Shown here: positions 27,282-36,577 of the stretch, one piece after another
How the letters are laid out: each line of letters begins with the position of its first letter
How positions within the stretch are numbered: the first letter of the stretch is position 1
Virus record (IMG/VR): IMGVR_UViG_3300020541_000004
Location: 1-41,017 of that record
DNA length: 41,017 nt
From: a virus
Lineage: Duplodnaviria > Caudoviricetes
Direction: 5' to 3' (one strand)
Notes under the pieces: generated by a model
What the model was told of the DNA's origin: nothing
The model's input: only the letters and a program-made list of their open reading frames with translations
The model's database searches: none
Position numbers and translations under genes: made by a program

Positions 27282-28409
27282 TTAAAAAGGGTTTTCAGAT
27301 TCTGCAATTTGAGACATCATTTCTTCTAATTGACTATTATCTACATTATCAACACGTGCTGGATGATTTTGTAGAATATACTGCATAGAAATTTCAATCT
27401 CATTAATCTGACCAGAATCCATAATACCTCTAGTTGCATATGTATTAACTAGACCTTCGATTTCTGCAATAGCTAGTTCTAGCTGTTCGTTAGTTTGATA
27501 ACTATGAAGCATCTCAACCTTACTCATTACTGCTTTAACTTCTGGAGACATTAGTTTATTCTGTAGTTCAGAACCTGCAGTCTGATCAATCATGATCTGA
27601 GCTGTCTTTACAAGAGCTTTGTCTACTGAAATATCCCAGATGTACGATACGGCTTTAGAAAGTGTAGGTACAAATGTAAGAGTACGATCTGAACTGCTTC
27701 CATAACCAACTTCTAGATACTTTTCTAGCTTGTTTGCTGGGATTTCTACTTCATTGATTTCAGCTTTATTTGGAATACCAATTGAGAACTTCTCACGATA
27801 GTCACGACCACCTTTGTTGTAGTACTTAACCATTTCACCTGCAGACACTCTATTAACAGTATGCTTCAACATAAATCTGTCCCAGAATGGAGAACCTTTC
27901 TCTTCTTTAGGGATTTCATTACACGTAGCAACAAACAGTTTCCACTTACATGGAATCTTATGCTTACCGTTAAACAAGAATTTCTCGTTCATTACGCCCA
28001 ACATAGCGTTACGGATAGCTGAGCTAGCTTTGTCTACCTCGTTAATAATAACAATCTCAGCATCTGCAATTGGAGTGCTTAGTGAGTACTCATTATTTGT
28101 AAACAACTTACCTAGATCAGGCATACCCTTAATCTCTGATGCTTTGGTACCTTCATCAGTTTCTAAGATGTAAATCTTTTCAGCAAAATCTTTTGCTGTC
28201 ATTTTACCATCTTTATTCAACCATGCTTTAGCATAATCAACTACGGTCTTAGTCTTTGCTACACCTGGCTGACCAATCAATAGACATGGTAGTCCTGTTG
28301 CTTCTGCCAAAGCTAGCATTTTAAATACTTCCTCTTTGTTAATCAATGAGGTCTCAATCTGACGCACTTCCTGCGTAGTTTTCTTTGTAATAGATTTTAC
28401 TTTAGACAT
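27282..28409 (-). CDS. MoxR/RavA-like AAA+ ATPase
   Basis: GQPGVAKT Walker A, IINEVDK Walker B variant, NAMLGVMNE, ATCNEIP and FWDRF. Start moved to 28409 (MSKVKS) because the ORF-track extension overlaps 28447..28842. Confidence 0.88.
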   Translation of the reverse strand: MSKVKSITKKTTQEVRQIETSLINKEEVFKMLALAEATGLPCLLIGQPGVAKTKTVVDYAKAWLNKDGKMTAKDFAEKIYILETDEGTKASEIKGMPDLGKLFTNNEYSLSTPIADAEIVIINEVDKASSAIRNAMLGVMNEKFLFNGKHKIPCKWKLFVATCNEIPKEEKGSPFWDRFMLKHTVNRVSAGEMVKYYNKGGRDYREKFSIGIPNKAEINEVEIPANKLEKYLEVGYGSSSDRTLTFVPTLSKAVSYIWDISVDKALVKTAQIMIDQTAGSELQNKLMSPEVKAVMSKVEMLHSYQTNEQLELAIAEIEGLVNTYATRGIMDSGQINEIEISMQYILQNHPARVDNVDNSQLEEMMSQIAESENPF

Positions 28410-28446
28410 GTTAGTGTTAATTATAAAGTGTTTTTTTGTGGGTTGA

Positions 28447-28842
28447 TCAAAGGTTTGCAAATGCTGCGAACTCATCATCTGCTGTTTCTGCAGGTACGAA
28501 CTCATCTCGTTCGTCACTGTTTCCAGAAACGATGATTGGTATTGTGGATGTTGTTTCACTACTCTCAGATAAGTGTTCCACATTTCCTTCATTGCTGGGT
28601 CCGTCAGTGGATACGGTGGTATTTCTGTCATCTGTGTCATCAATAATGCTAAATATGATAATACTTGTTTCTGCGTCTTTAAGCTTAGGATGCTTGCGGA
28701 TTATAGCAATTTGCTGATCTTTAGCATTATACTTTTCTTGAATAGATCCATAACCTAGATCATCTTTCTTTAACCATGTAAGACCATTGTTTAGATCTTC
28801 TAGAACTTGAGATACATAGATCTCCACTTTGTTTACTGCCAT
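28447..28842 (-). CDS. Hypothetical protein with an acidic tail
   Basis: 131-aa co-oriented ORF. Confidence 0.7.
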   Translation of the reverse strand: MAVNKVEIYVSQVLEDLNNGLTWLKKDDLGYGSIQEKYNAKDQQIAIIRKHPKLKDAETSIIIFSIIDDTDDRNTTVSTDGPSNEGNVEHLSESSETTSTIPIIVSGNSDERDEFVPAETADDEFAAFANL

Positions 28843-28860
28843 TTTGTTAAATGTTTAGGG

Positions 28861-29574
28861 TTACCAATAAATAAATCCAGGCTCGTCTCCTTGTTTCAAA
28901 ATTTCATTAGTCTTAGTAAAAACATCGTTACAATCCCATTTACCACCGCTATATGCAGCAGAAGCAGGATGTGATGCTTTTAGTATGTAATGATTTTGAC
29001 CAAGTACGGCCTCTAGTTCTTGAGCCTTAGCTCCCAATAAAATAAATATCAAACCTGACCTTGTTAGATTAAGCATATCTAGCAAGTACATAATAAAGTC
29101 ATTCCATATATCGTAATGACTACCTACTTTGTCTATCTGACAAGTAAGAGCTGTATTAATTAGTAATACACCTTGGTTAGCCCATCGTTTTAAATCTGGA
29201 TCTTGATAGGTTGGCCAATCTTGGTATACTGTACGCTCTACTTCTTGAAATATAAACTTTAAACTAGGTTGCGGTTTACCTGTGCGACCACAACTAAACG
29301 CCATACCATCGGCTACATTCATGTGAGGATATGGATCTTGTCCAATAATAACAACCTTAAGGTCTTTTTCTGGACATTCTTCAAATGCTCTAAATACATC
29401 TTTTAGTGGAGGAGTAAAACGTTTTCCTTCCATTCTTTGTAAATAGAGAGTTTCTAAAATTTGATCAAAGTCACTAGATTGCATAAATCCTCGTAACTTT
29501 GTTGACCATCCTGACGGAAGAAGTCTTTCTATAAGTTTACACTTTATTTCTTCCAGGTTTATTTCTTGTGTCAT
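28861..29574 (-). CDS. ung: Uracil-DNA glycosylase, family 1
   Basis: VVIIGQDPYP, ADGMAFS, QPSL, WANQGVLLIN and SHPAS. Confidence 0.95.
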   Translation of the reverse strand: MTQEINLEEIKCKLIERLLPSGWSTKLRGFMQSSDFDQILETLYLQRMEGKRFTPPLKDVFRAFEECPEKDLKVVIIGQDPYPHMNVADGMAFSCGRTGKPQPSLKFIFQEVERTVYQDWPTYQDPDLKRWANQGVLLINTALTCQIDKVGSHYDIWNDFIMYLLDMLNLTRSGLIFILLGAKAQELEAVLGQNHYILKASHPASAAYSGGKWDCNDVFTKTNEILKQGDEPGFIYW

Positions 29575-29613
29575 AAACTTTTATATTTTTGTATAAAACA
29601 AAAACCATATAAT

Positions 29614-29892
29614 ATGTCAAATATTAAGATGATTAAGCAAGATGCTGCTATTCAAGTAGTCATTAGTTCCGGATTTCTTCAGAAAATTCAAGCCATTGTA
29701 GTTCATATGGTTAATGAGCGTACAGATGAAGAATTAGTTGAGTTTCAAAAACTAGCCATGGCTAAGGAAGATCTTACACTAGACTGGATGGAACATCTGT
29801 CTACCATGATGCTTTTAATGAATGAAATTGAAACTAAAGCAGAAGAACAAGGTTTTACTTATGATGCAGACATTAACCAATTGGACAGTTAA
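29614..29892 (+). CDS. Lone plus-strand hypothetical helical protein
   Basis: ORF track 29566..29892; the ATG at 29614 (MSNIKM) lies downstream of a TATTTTTG -7-like element at 29584-29591. Confidence 0.7.
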   Translation: MSNIKMIKQDAAIQVVISSGFLQKIQAIVVHMVNERTDEELVEFQKLAMAKEDLTLDWMEHLSTMMLLMNEIETKAEEQGFTYDADINQLDS

Positions 29893-30271
29893 CACTGATA
29901 CCAATATCTATTGCAGCTTGAATAGCAAGAGATAGTTCTTCTCTAGAACATTCTCCAAAACTTTTAGCAAGAAAGTATTCTTTGCCGCTTACTTCTCTAG
30001 ATAAGCATAAGCCTGCCTTATCTTTTATTAATAGTTTCATATCACTAAAAGGTTCTCCTACGTGTAGTGATAGTTCTCTTATCATTGCATGTAGTTTAGC
30101 TAGCTGAGGTAGTGTACCATCATCGTGCTGAACTTCAAAGAAGAATTCTACTATGGTACCATCAGGAACATCTGATACAAACTGTTCATGTTGTTTAGAA
30201 ATGGCAAGACTAGGAAACTCTAGTCTGCCATTTCTTTTAATAAACTTGCCATTAAAGGGTTGATGATTCAT
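29873..30271 (-). CDS. Hypothetical protein, possibly NinB/Orf-like
   Basis: QLAKLHAMIRELS and SFGECSREELSLAI resemble NinB-like motifs; weak match. Confidence 0.5.
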   Translation of the reverse strand: MNHQPFNGKFIKRNGRLEFPSLAISKQHEQFVSDVPDGTIVEFFFEVQHDDGTLPQLAKLHAMIRELSLHVGEPFSDMKLLIKDKAGLCLSREVSGKEYFLAKSFGECSREELSLAIQAAIDIGISVNCPIG

Positions 30272-31379
30272 ATGAAGATACGTTTACATCAAAGTATTTA
30301 ATTTTTTTAGGATCTAAATCTTTAAGAGCTTCAGTAACCCATCTTTCATCTACGCTGTCTTTGTAACATAGAATATGTATGTACGCAGTTTCAGTAGGAT
30401 TAAGTCTTAGTAATCGACCTATTCTTTGACTAGACTTGCGCTCATTACCGTATGCATGCATAATAATACCAGCTCTTAGATTGGGTATATTAATACCTTC
30501 ATTAAGTTGAAGCACACATGATAGCTCTGATATCTTTCCATCTTTAAATCTTTCCAAGTTATCTTCTGAATCTAGATTATTAGAATGATAAGAGTATTTA
30601 GATATTCTATCAGCTTGGTCTTGCGTATTGCAAAATATAATACACTTGTCTTCTATATCTGAAAGAAGCTTTTTTACATAAGACTCTTTAGTCTTAAAAT
30701 CCATTAGCACCCGCATTCTCATTACAGAAGCAATCTGCTCTTGTTTTTTGCTTATAGCTTGACCTATTCGTTTAGTCCAGTAGTCATAACTTTTACGTTC
30801 TGATGTATAAAACTCCATACCATTACTCTTCATCTTAACAGGAATACTGTTTACATTAGACAATGGCATTTTATGCACTATGATTCTATAGTCATTTAGA
30901 ATATCATCACTTACAGCATCATCAGTAATATATTTGTACTTAATAGGACAATACTGACTTACCATTTTACCCTTTTCAGATTGTTGATGCCTTGGTGGCG
31001 TGCCGGTTAGACCCAATACTTTACCATTAAACTGTCCAAGAAACAAATGATGAGATGTAAGTAAACTATGACACTCGTCAAGAATTACTATATCAAAATC
31101 TCCAGTGTTCTTTTTATTCAAAGACAAGTAAGTTGTAAACTCAGCGTCTTCAATATCTATATTGAATTTAGCTGCATCATTAAGCCAGCTATCAAAAATA
31201 GATATCTTAGGAGCTACAATCAAAACACGTGGTTTATTTTTCATAACTTTTTGAAAATGATCTATATACTGTAGGCCAATTAAAGTTTTACCTACACCCA
31301 TAGATATACCCAAACCACAACGTTTATTATTTATTGCAATATCAAGAGCTTCTTTTTGTATTTCTTCTCTCTTAGACAT
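30252..31379 (-). CDS. Superfamily 2 helicase (DExH)
   Basis: SMGVGKT, IVAP, DECH, GLTGTP, LNEGINIP and QRIGRLLR. Confidence 0.92.
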   Translation of the reverse strand: MSKREEIQKEALDIAINNKRCGLGISMGVGKTLIGLQYIDHFQKVMKNKPRVLIVAPKISIFDSWLNDAAKFNIDIEDAEFTTYLSLNKKNTGDFDIVILDECHSLLTSHHLFLGQFNGKVLGLTGTPPRHQQSEKGKMVSQYCPIKYKYITDDAVSDDILNDYRIIVHKMPLSNVNSIPVKMKSNGMEFYTSERKSYDYWTKRIGQAISKKQEQIASVMRMRVLMDFKTKESYVKKLLSDIEDKCIIFCNTQDQADRISKYSYHSNNLDSEDNLERFKDGKISELSCVLQLNEGINIPNLRAGIIMHAYGNERKSSQRIGRLLRLNPTETAYIHILCYKDSVDERWVTEALKDLDPKKIKYFDVNVSSYESSTL

Positions 31380-31650
31380 CTTGTTCTATTTCTACATAAC
31401 AATCATTTGCACATAGTGCAATTATTCTTAAATGCTTCATGCATTCTGCATCTGCCCTACTTACAGCTTTTCTAAGATTGTTATCTACCACAGCTTGTAC
31501 AAAACTACCGCCCTGTATAAGATTATCTCTAGTCATCATTACAGATATCATTATCTGTATGATGTGTTCGCTTACAGTTTCTTCGTAATCATTAAGAAAA
31601 CGAATTACTGCATCTCTATATTCTTGATATGTTTTATTCAATGCATTCAT
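31372..31650 (-). CDS. Hypothetical protein
   Basis: GGSFVQAVVDNNLRKAVSRAD motif; tight gene packing. Confidence 0.65.
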   Translation of the reverse strand: MNALNKTYQEYRDAVIRFLNDYEETVSEHIIQIMISVMMTRDNLIQGGSFVQAVVDNNLRKAVSRADAECMKHLRIIALCANDCYVEIEQDV

Positions 31651-31653
31651 GTT

Positions 31654-32037
31654 TTAAAGTCTTGTTTCTGATAAACCTAATTCTTTAGCTTCTTTAGGAT
31701 GAAGCTCTATCCATGTATGACATGTTCTGCATACAGCTAACCATGTAGCAATTTTTAGATGGTTTTCACCTCTACCTGCTTTATGATGCACATCTGTTGC
31801 TTGGCCCGTACATCCTTGAAGCCTTGCTTTACAGGAAGAATTTACTACAAGGTATGCAGTACGTAATTTAGAATACTGATCTACTGTTTCCTTCATCTTT
31901 TTAGAAATGGGAGCAATAGATTTAGGCTTCTCAATACTATACCAGCATTCCTTGCAGTATTTATCTTTTCCTTGAGACTTCCATATGTGTTTCATCTGGT
32001 TGCAACCAGCACATAATTTAAGTTTCGCTTGAATCAT
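31654..32037 (-). CDS. Zn-finger plus HNH-like nuclease
   Basis: CAGC...CKEC; CKARLQGC...DVHH...VCRTCH. Confidence 0.7.
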   Translation of the reverse strand: MIQAKLKLCAGCNQMKHIWKSQGKDKYCKECWYSIEKPKSIAPISKKMKETVDQYSKLRTAYLVVNSSCKARLQGCTGQATDVHHKAGRGENHLKIATWLAVCRTCHTWIELHPKEAKELGLSETRL

Positions 32038-32254
32038 AGTTATTACTTAGAGCCGGAGAACTAAGATTACTCTTACTTTTAATTACATAACTATCTGTTA
32101 CAGGCTTTCCTAAAATACTTACAGGCTGAGTAAGCTTTGTTACCTCTATAGAAGATAATCCATCAAGTGTTTTTTCTAGAAGCAATCTATCAAGCTCTGT
32201 TTCAGGAATAAGTACAAGTTGAACGACTCCGTTTACTACAAATGTGTAATTCAT
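32018..32254 (-). CDS. Hypothetical protein
   Basis: 78-aa co-oriented ORF. Confidence 0.6.
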   Translation of the reverse strand: MNYTFVVNGVVQLVLIPETELDRLLLEKTLDGLSSIEVTKLTQPVSILGKPVTDSYVIKSKSNLSSPALSNNYDSSET

Positions 32255-32257
32255 ATT

Positions 32258-32779
32258 TTAAGATAATTTAAAGAAGTTATAAGGTAATAATTTAGATTGT
32301 ATTAATTTTTCTGCAATAATTGTTTCACTAGTAATCCCCAAATCTCTAAGCGTTAATGTACATTCAAGATCTCGGTCGTAATATTCATTCTCTGAAAGAA
32401 ACTTAATAATTGGAGATCTAGGAAATAAAGAAATAAGTAGGCTGTCTACTTGTTTCCATATAATTTCTTGTTTCCATCTATTAAGCATACGCTGTACTCT
32501 TGTATAGAGCACCATGATACTTCTCTTTTTCTCTGCAGGCATTGCCTTAAGTTCTTCTGCAGTGTAAAAGTTTAAACCATATAAAGCCTCAGCATATAGC
32601 CTTTCTTGTATAGGGTTAAATCCTACTTGTTCAATCTTTTGATACTTCACTGTACCATAAAGTTGAATTTGCTCAACACCAGTTGGTTCATACTTTATGA
32701 ACTTATGTTTGTTGACATCTCCAAAAGATACAATTATACCTTTGGAGTTAGCGGATACTGTTTTGTGTGGATTGCGCAT
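32258..32779 (-). CDS. Hypothetical protein
   Basis: 173-aa co-oriented ORF. Confidence 0.7.
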   Translation of the reverse strand: MRNPHKTVSANSKGIIVSFGDVNKHKFIKYEPTGVEQIQLYGTVKYQKIEQVGFNPIQERLYAEALYGLNFYTAEELKAMPAEKKRSIMVLYTRVQRMLNRWKQEIIWKQVDSLLISLFPRSPIIKFLSENEYYDRDLECTLTLRDLGITSETIIAEKLIQSKLLPYNFFKLS

Positions 32780-32811
32780 GATTGATAAGGATTGTGATTA
32801 TGGAATGGAAT

Positions 32812-32844
32812 AAAAATAGAGAGCCCATTTCTGAGCTCTCTATT
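32812..32844 (-). terminator. Rho-independent terminator
   Basis: aatagagagc/gctctctatt 10-bp stem plus a minus-strand U tract. Confidence 0.7.
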
Positions 32845-32850
32845 GAGGCA

Positions 32851-33357
32851 TTAACCTAACTCTGTCTCTTCAATTAAGACTCTACGTCCTAAGTCTCTAA
32901 GACTATTGCTTTTTAAAGAAGTAATCTCTTTCTGTGCTCTTTGTACTTCACGGATCTCATTCGTATTATCATGAGTAATTAACTCATCATATGCTTCCTG
33001 ATTACTTGTGAAGAAAGTTTGACGATAAATTGGCTGATCGTCAATTGTACATACAACTCCTGTTTGTCCAGCAATCTTTAGATCTCTATCTGGATTCTCT
33101 GTGTTAAACGGAATAAGAGATTCTTTTACAATAATCTTACCTGAAAGCTCATGGCCTTCTACAAATCCAGCTTGTGCTAGATCTTCTACTTTACCTTTAA
33201 TTAACGCTGAACGCTTAACGGGTTTTAACCAACCAGCTTCGCTAATCTGTGTTACTGATTGTTCAACGCGTACATAACCGTACTCTGGATTGTTCAAGGA
33301 TACACCAATAACATTTCCATTTACATCTGCTGTTACTCTAACTTTACTTTGTTTCAT
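32851..33357 (-). CDS. Hypothetical beta-rich protein
   Basis: 168-aa ORF flanked by terminators on both sides. Confidence 0.75.
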   Translation of the reverse strand: MKQSKVRVTADVNGNVIGVSLNNPEYGYVRVEQSVTQISEAGWLKPVKRSALIKGKVEDLAQAGFVEGHELSGKIIVKESLIPFNTENPDRDLKIAGQTGVVCTIDDQPIYRQTFFTSNQEAYDELITHDNTNEIREVQRAQKEITSLKSNSLRDLGRRVLIEETELG

Positions 33358-33380
33358 TTGAACATTAATTTAACTTAAAT

Positions 33381-33407
33381 AAAAAACCCCTAGATTTCTC
33401 TAGGGGT
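33381..33407 (-). terminator. Rho-independent terminator
   Basis: acccctaga/tctaggggt stem plus a U6 tract on the minus strand. Confidence 0.75.
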
Positions 33408-33428
33408 CATAACTTTTAATTTTTAACT

Positions 33429-33701
33429 CTAATCTTCTTCAGGTTTATAATCTATATCCATGTAACTAATCTTGTCTTCATTTGTTACATCTGTTAGATC
33501 AGATGGCATTTCAAGAAAATCATCATCATCGTCTTCATCAAATACAGGAGATTTTTTCTGAATAACTGAACCAAACCATGGATCTTCTAATGTATCACCA
33601 TAGTTATATGCAATCAAATATTGAAGTTCTTCATCAGTCATTTCAAAGTACTGCTCCGTACTTATCTCAATTACCTTTCCATTAGGGAGTTGATAAAGCA
33701 T
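33429..33701 (-). CDS. Acidic hypothetical protein
   Basis: 90-aa ORF with an Asp-rich C-terminal half. Confidence 0.7.
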   Translation of the reverse strand: MLYQLPNGKVIEISTEQYFEMTDEELQYLIAYNYGDTLEDPWFGSVIQKKSPVFDEDDDDDFLEMPSDLTDVTNEDKISYMDIDYKPEED

Positions 33702-33791
33702 TATGCTATTAATTAGTTTATTATAAAACTAATTAATATAGTATAATTTACAAATGCTGTATAAACAATCTATGGATAATAGAGCTATAAG

Positions 33792-33974
33792 CTATGACTC
33801 TTTAGACTTTTTATTTTGATTGTAAACTCTTTTTTTCCAATAAGCATTAGTTTTATTAATAACTTCTTGCCTTTCGTTAAGCTTATCGTTTAAAACCTCA
33901 ATTTCATTTTCTAATTCTTTGACTTTCTTGTGGTTTGTAAACAAACCTTTTAACCAATTAATCATAATATACAC
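33792..33974 (-). CDS. Small coiled-coil protein
   Basis: 60-aa ORF with a heptad pattern. Confidence 0.55.
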   Translation of the reverse strand: MYIMINWLKGLFTNHKKVKELENEIEVLNDKLNERQEVINKTNAYWKKRVYNQNKKSKES

Positions 33975-33979
33975 TTTAT

Positions 33980-34510
33980 TTAAGAAGTAAACTTTTTATA
34001 CAGATCATTAAATCTACCATTACTGTTTGATATAGATGTTGATATATTCTCAAGTTCTACAAGTTCAATATTTTCTACTAAATCACCATTAGGTGAAACT
34101 GACATTCTAACTATTTCATAAGCATAGGCTTCAGATCCATCAACCATATCAATAGTAATAATTAAAATTTCTCTTTTAATAGGTATTTTTTTGTAGTCTT
34201 CAGGTTTATAATCATCTACTGGGATCTCACGAAGCCATGCTTCAGATGACCAACCAACAGCTTTTATGGTAAACTTTTGATTAACTTCAGCTGCTAATTT
34301 AGGAATTCCTTCATCAACAAACAACTGTTTGTTCTCATCAGAGTTTACTACTTCTTCAGGAAGAACTATTTGCAAAGCACATGGAGCATTAGTGTCTTTT
34401 AGATTGCCCATTATTGTAATAACAGGTTCTAAATTACCATTCTTTAGCAAAGTTTCTTTAGTACTTTCAATATAATAATCTTTAATTTCTTTAAATTCTT
34501 CTTTTGTCAT
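33980..34510 (-). CDS. Hypothetical protein
   Basis: 176-aa ORF with SEAW and KREILII motifs. Confidence 0.7.
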   Translation of the reverse strand: MTKEEFKEIKDYYIESTKETLLKNGNLEPVITIMGNLKDTNAPCALQIVLPEEVVNSDENKQLFVDEGIPKLAAEVNQKFTIKAVGWSSEAWLREIPVDDYKPEDYKKIPIKREILIITIDMVDGSEAYAYEIVRMSVSPNGDLVENIELVELENISTSISNSNGRFNDLYKKFTS

Positions 34511-34520
34511 AATAAATTAT

Positions 34521-35090
34521 TTAGTCCCACCATTCTTCAGAACGTCTCTTAAGGATCTCATAGATAAGATTATTACATTTTTCTTGACGTATGTAGCCCA
34601 TAAATAAAGAAATGGTTTCTTTATCATCTAAACGTGAATGTTTGCTATACTTTTTTAAGGCAGCTCGTTTAGCTCCTGGATATTTTGCAATGTATTCATC
34701 TAGATTTTCAGATTCTAAATCACCTAATATGTCTTCGCCAAGAACTACATACTCATATCGTTCCATATTATAATACTCTTCATGCTTGCGCTCTATAAGA
34801 TTTAATACAACAGTCATCCAGTAATTATCCCTTTGCACATTAGTGTGCCTATTAGATGTCACTAAATATTCACGTTGATACTCTATCTTTTTTTGCAGAA
34901 GCTTAGTAATATAATAATCATCCCAATCTCTATCTTTATAGATAGTTGGTGCCCATCTTATAATATTCCATATTCCAATAAAGAATGATCTAATACGCCA
35001 ATGTATAGTTCTTAAGATTTTATTTCTAAATCTGCCATGCTCCCATGCTGTTTTTTTAGATATGGGTAGTTTAGTATAATATTTCATCAT
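34521..35090 (-). CDS. Hypothetical phage protein
   Basis: 189-aa ORF with W.PTIYKDRDWD and C-terminal WWD motifs. Confidence 0.72.
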   Translation of the reverse strand: MMKYYTKLPISKKTAWEHGRFRNKILRTIHWRIRSFFIGIWNIIRWAPTIYKDRDWDDYYITKLLQKKIEYQREYLVTSNRHTNVQRDNYWMTVVLNLIERKHEEYYNMERYEYVVLGEDILGDLESENLDEYIAKYPGAKRAALKKYSKHSRLDDKETISLFMGYIRQEKCNNLIYEILKRRSEEWWD

Positions 35091-35107
35091 CTAATTATTT
35101 AGATATA

Positions 35108-35144
35108 AATAAAAGAGTGATGAGAACCAAATCTCACCACCCTT
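35108..35144 (-). terminator. Rho-independent terminator
   Basis: Minus-strand RNA AAGGGUGGUGAGA/UCUCAUCACUCUU 13-bp stem with two G.U pairs, followed by UUAUUU. Confidence 0.7.
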
Positions 35145-35590
35145 AATTCGTTAGTTTTGAGGTCAGGCTTGGAATAATTTACCATTTGTTTATCCTGTTT
35201 TTGCTACTGTACGATAAGTAGCTTCCAATACGTCAAGTTTAACTAACTGCTCCTAGATGTCCGGTTTTATAATGGCTCTCTACAGTGCAATACTGAGAGG
35301 ACATATCACGCAGTCGGTTTTATTAACTGCTGACTTCAATCTAGTAATGATATAAAAAGGTCTATCTCAGGGTTCCATAGTTCTTGTGTGACTAGACTTG
35401 TTCCGATCGTCTGTACTAAACAATTCTCTAAATTTCTTTAGATACTATGTGGTTCCTGATACTGCCCTGGCTAGTGTAGTTAATACGCCATGTAGCTCCT
35501 AAGATCAGACCTTTTATAATTAACTATTGCGTCAGATCAATGCGTGCGCGAGCATTTGTCTTACTTGATGTTAACACAATCAGTTAATGT
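35145..35590 (-). ncRNA. Candidate large multi-domain structured non-coding RNA
   Basis: ORF-free ~440 nt with three closed multi-stem domains (35150-35247, 35253-35344, 35351-35518), a minus-strand GAAA tetraloop (35427-35442) and a downstream terminator. Confidence 0.55.
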
Positions 35591-35592
35591 CT

Positions 35593-35880
35593 TTATTTCA
35601 ATATAATGGTCTTACGAGTTTTACCTTTACCCATATACTCCCTGGATATTATGCCCTTAGATTGAAGTGTTTCTATACTTCGTTTAATACTAGAAGGACT
35701 TGTACCACATTCATCTGCCATTCGGTAAACACTAACAATTAACTCATTAGATTGACTATTTGCAAACGTACACAAATATGCATACAAGCCTTTGTCCTTT
35801 AAAGACAACTCTGGGTCTCTCATTACTTCGCTAGAGACTTGACCAAAGCCCTTTATTAAACGTGGATTTATGCCTTTCAT
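35593..35880 (-). CDS. Winged helix-turn-helix protein (replication-initiator N-terminal-like)
   Basis: FGQVSSEVMRDPELSLKDKGLYAYL...SVYRMADECGTSPSSIKRSIETLQSKGII. Confidence 0.8.
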   Translation of the reverse strand: MKGINPRLIKGFGQVSSEVMRDPELSLKDKGLYAYLCTFANSQSNELIVSVYRMADECGTSPSSIKRSIETLQSKGIISREYMGKGKTRKTIILK

Positions 35881-35908
35881 GTATCATGTGGTTGATGTCA
35901 GTGTACAA

Positions 35909-35939
35909 CAAATCTACAAGGATAATTAGATTATACAAA
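35909..35939 (-). promoter_or_regulatory. Bacteroidota housekeeping-sigma-type promoter
   Basis: Minus strand TTTG (35939-35936)-N19-TAGATTTG (35916-35909), upstream of the HTH gene. Confidence 0.7.
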
Positions 35940-35973
35940 AAATGTAGAGGGAGCCAAAGACTCCCCCAACATT
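35937..35973 (-). terminator. Rho-independent terminator
   Basis: Minus-strand AAUGUUGGGGGAGUC/GGCUCCCUCUACAUU stem plus a U tract. Confidence 0.6.
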
Positions 35974-35992
35974 AAACATAAACCCAATGTAT

Positions 35993-36577
35993 CTATTTAA
36001 AGACATCCTTTAAGAAATCATCTATATCAAAATCTCCTGAGTTACCATTACCAAACTCTCTACTGAGTTGTTTTAGGTAGGTATCAAAGTTGTAATGTGA
36101 GGTTTTAACAATAGCTATTCTTTTAATAACTGAATTTACACTAAGATCATCAACACCTTCTTCATCGTCATTATCTTCTTTATTTCTAAGATCTTCTATA
36201 AGATTGATAATGCTAAGTTTTAGCTTATCTTCTTTAGTTTTCTCCTTAGAATTTAGATACTTATATCTACCATATGCTTCCATGGCTAGTTTTTGATATG
36301 ACATAAAGTTAAGTAGAGTAAACTCATACTCTAAATGACTATCAATCATTCTTAAGCATCTTTGAAGATCTCCTGTAACGGTAGACATTTCTTTTGGTGC
36401 ATCTTCTTCATCTTCAAATAGCTCTTCCCTTTGAAGAGCATTTGAAAATGATGAAAAGAAAATACGTTCTCTACACTTAGTTCTCATGTAGTCAGGAACT
36501 GTAAGAGCCTGATGAAATTGCTCTTTAGTATGGTCGAGTTCTCTTTCTTTTAATAGCATATTAGAAAGATTTTTCAA
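35993..36577 (-). CDS. Hypothetical protein
   Basis: 194-aa co-oriented ORF. Confidence 0.7.
   Translation of the reverse strand: MKNLSNMLLKERELDHTKEQFHQALTVPDYMRTKCRERIFFSSFSNALQREELFEDEEDAPKEMSTVTGDLQRCLRMIDSHLEYEFTLLNFMSYQKLAMEAYGRYKYLNSKEKTKEDKLKLSIINLIEDLRNKEDNDDEEGVDDLSVNSVIKRIAIVKTSHYNFDTYLKQLSREFGNGNSGDFDIDDFLKDVFK

Noticed and set aside
28410-28643. N-terminal extension of the MoxR ATPase given in the ORF track
   Set aside because: It overlaps CDS 28447..28842 in another frame; the ATG at 28409 follows an AT-rich leader and gives a normal-length protein.
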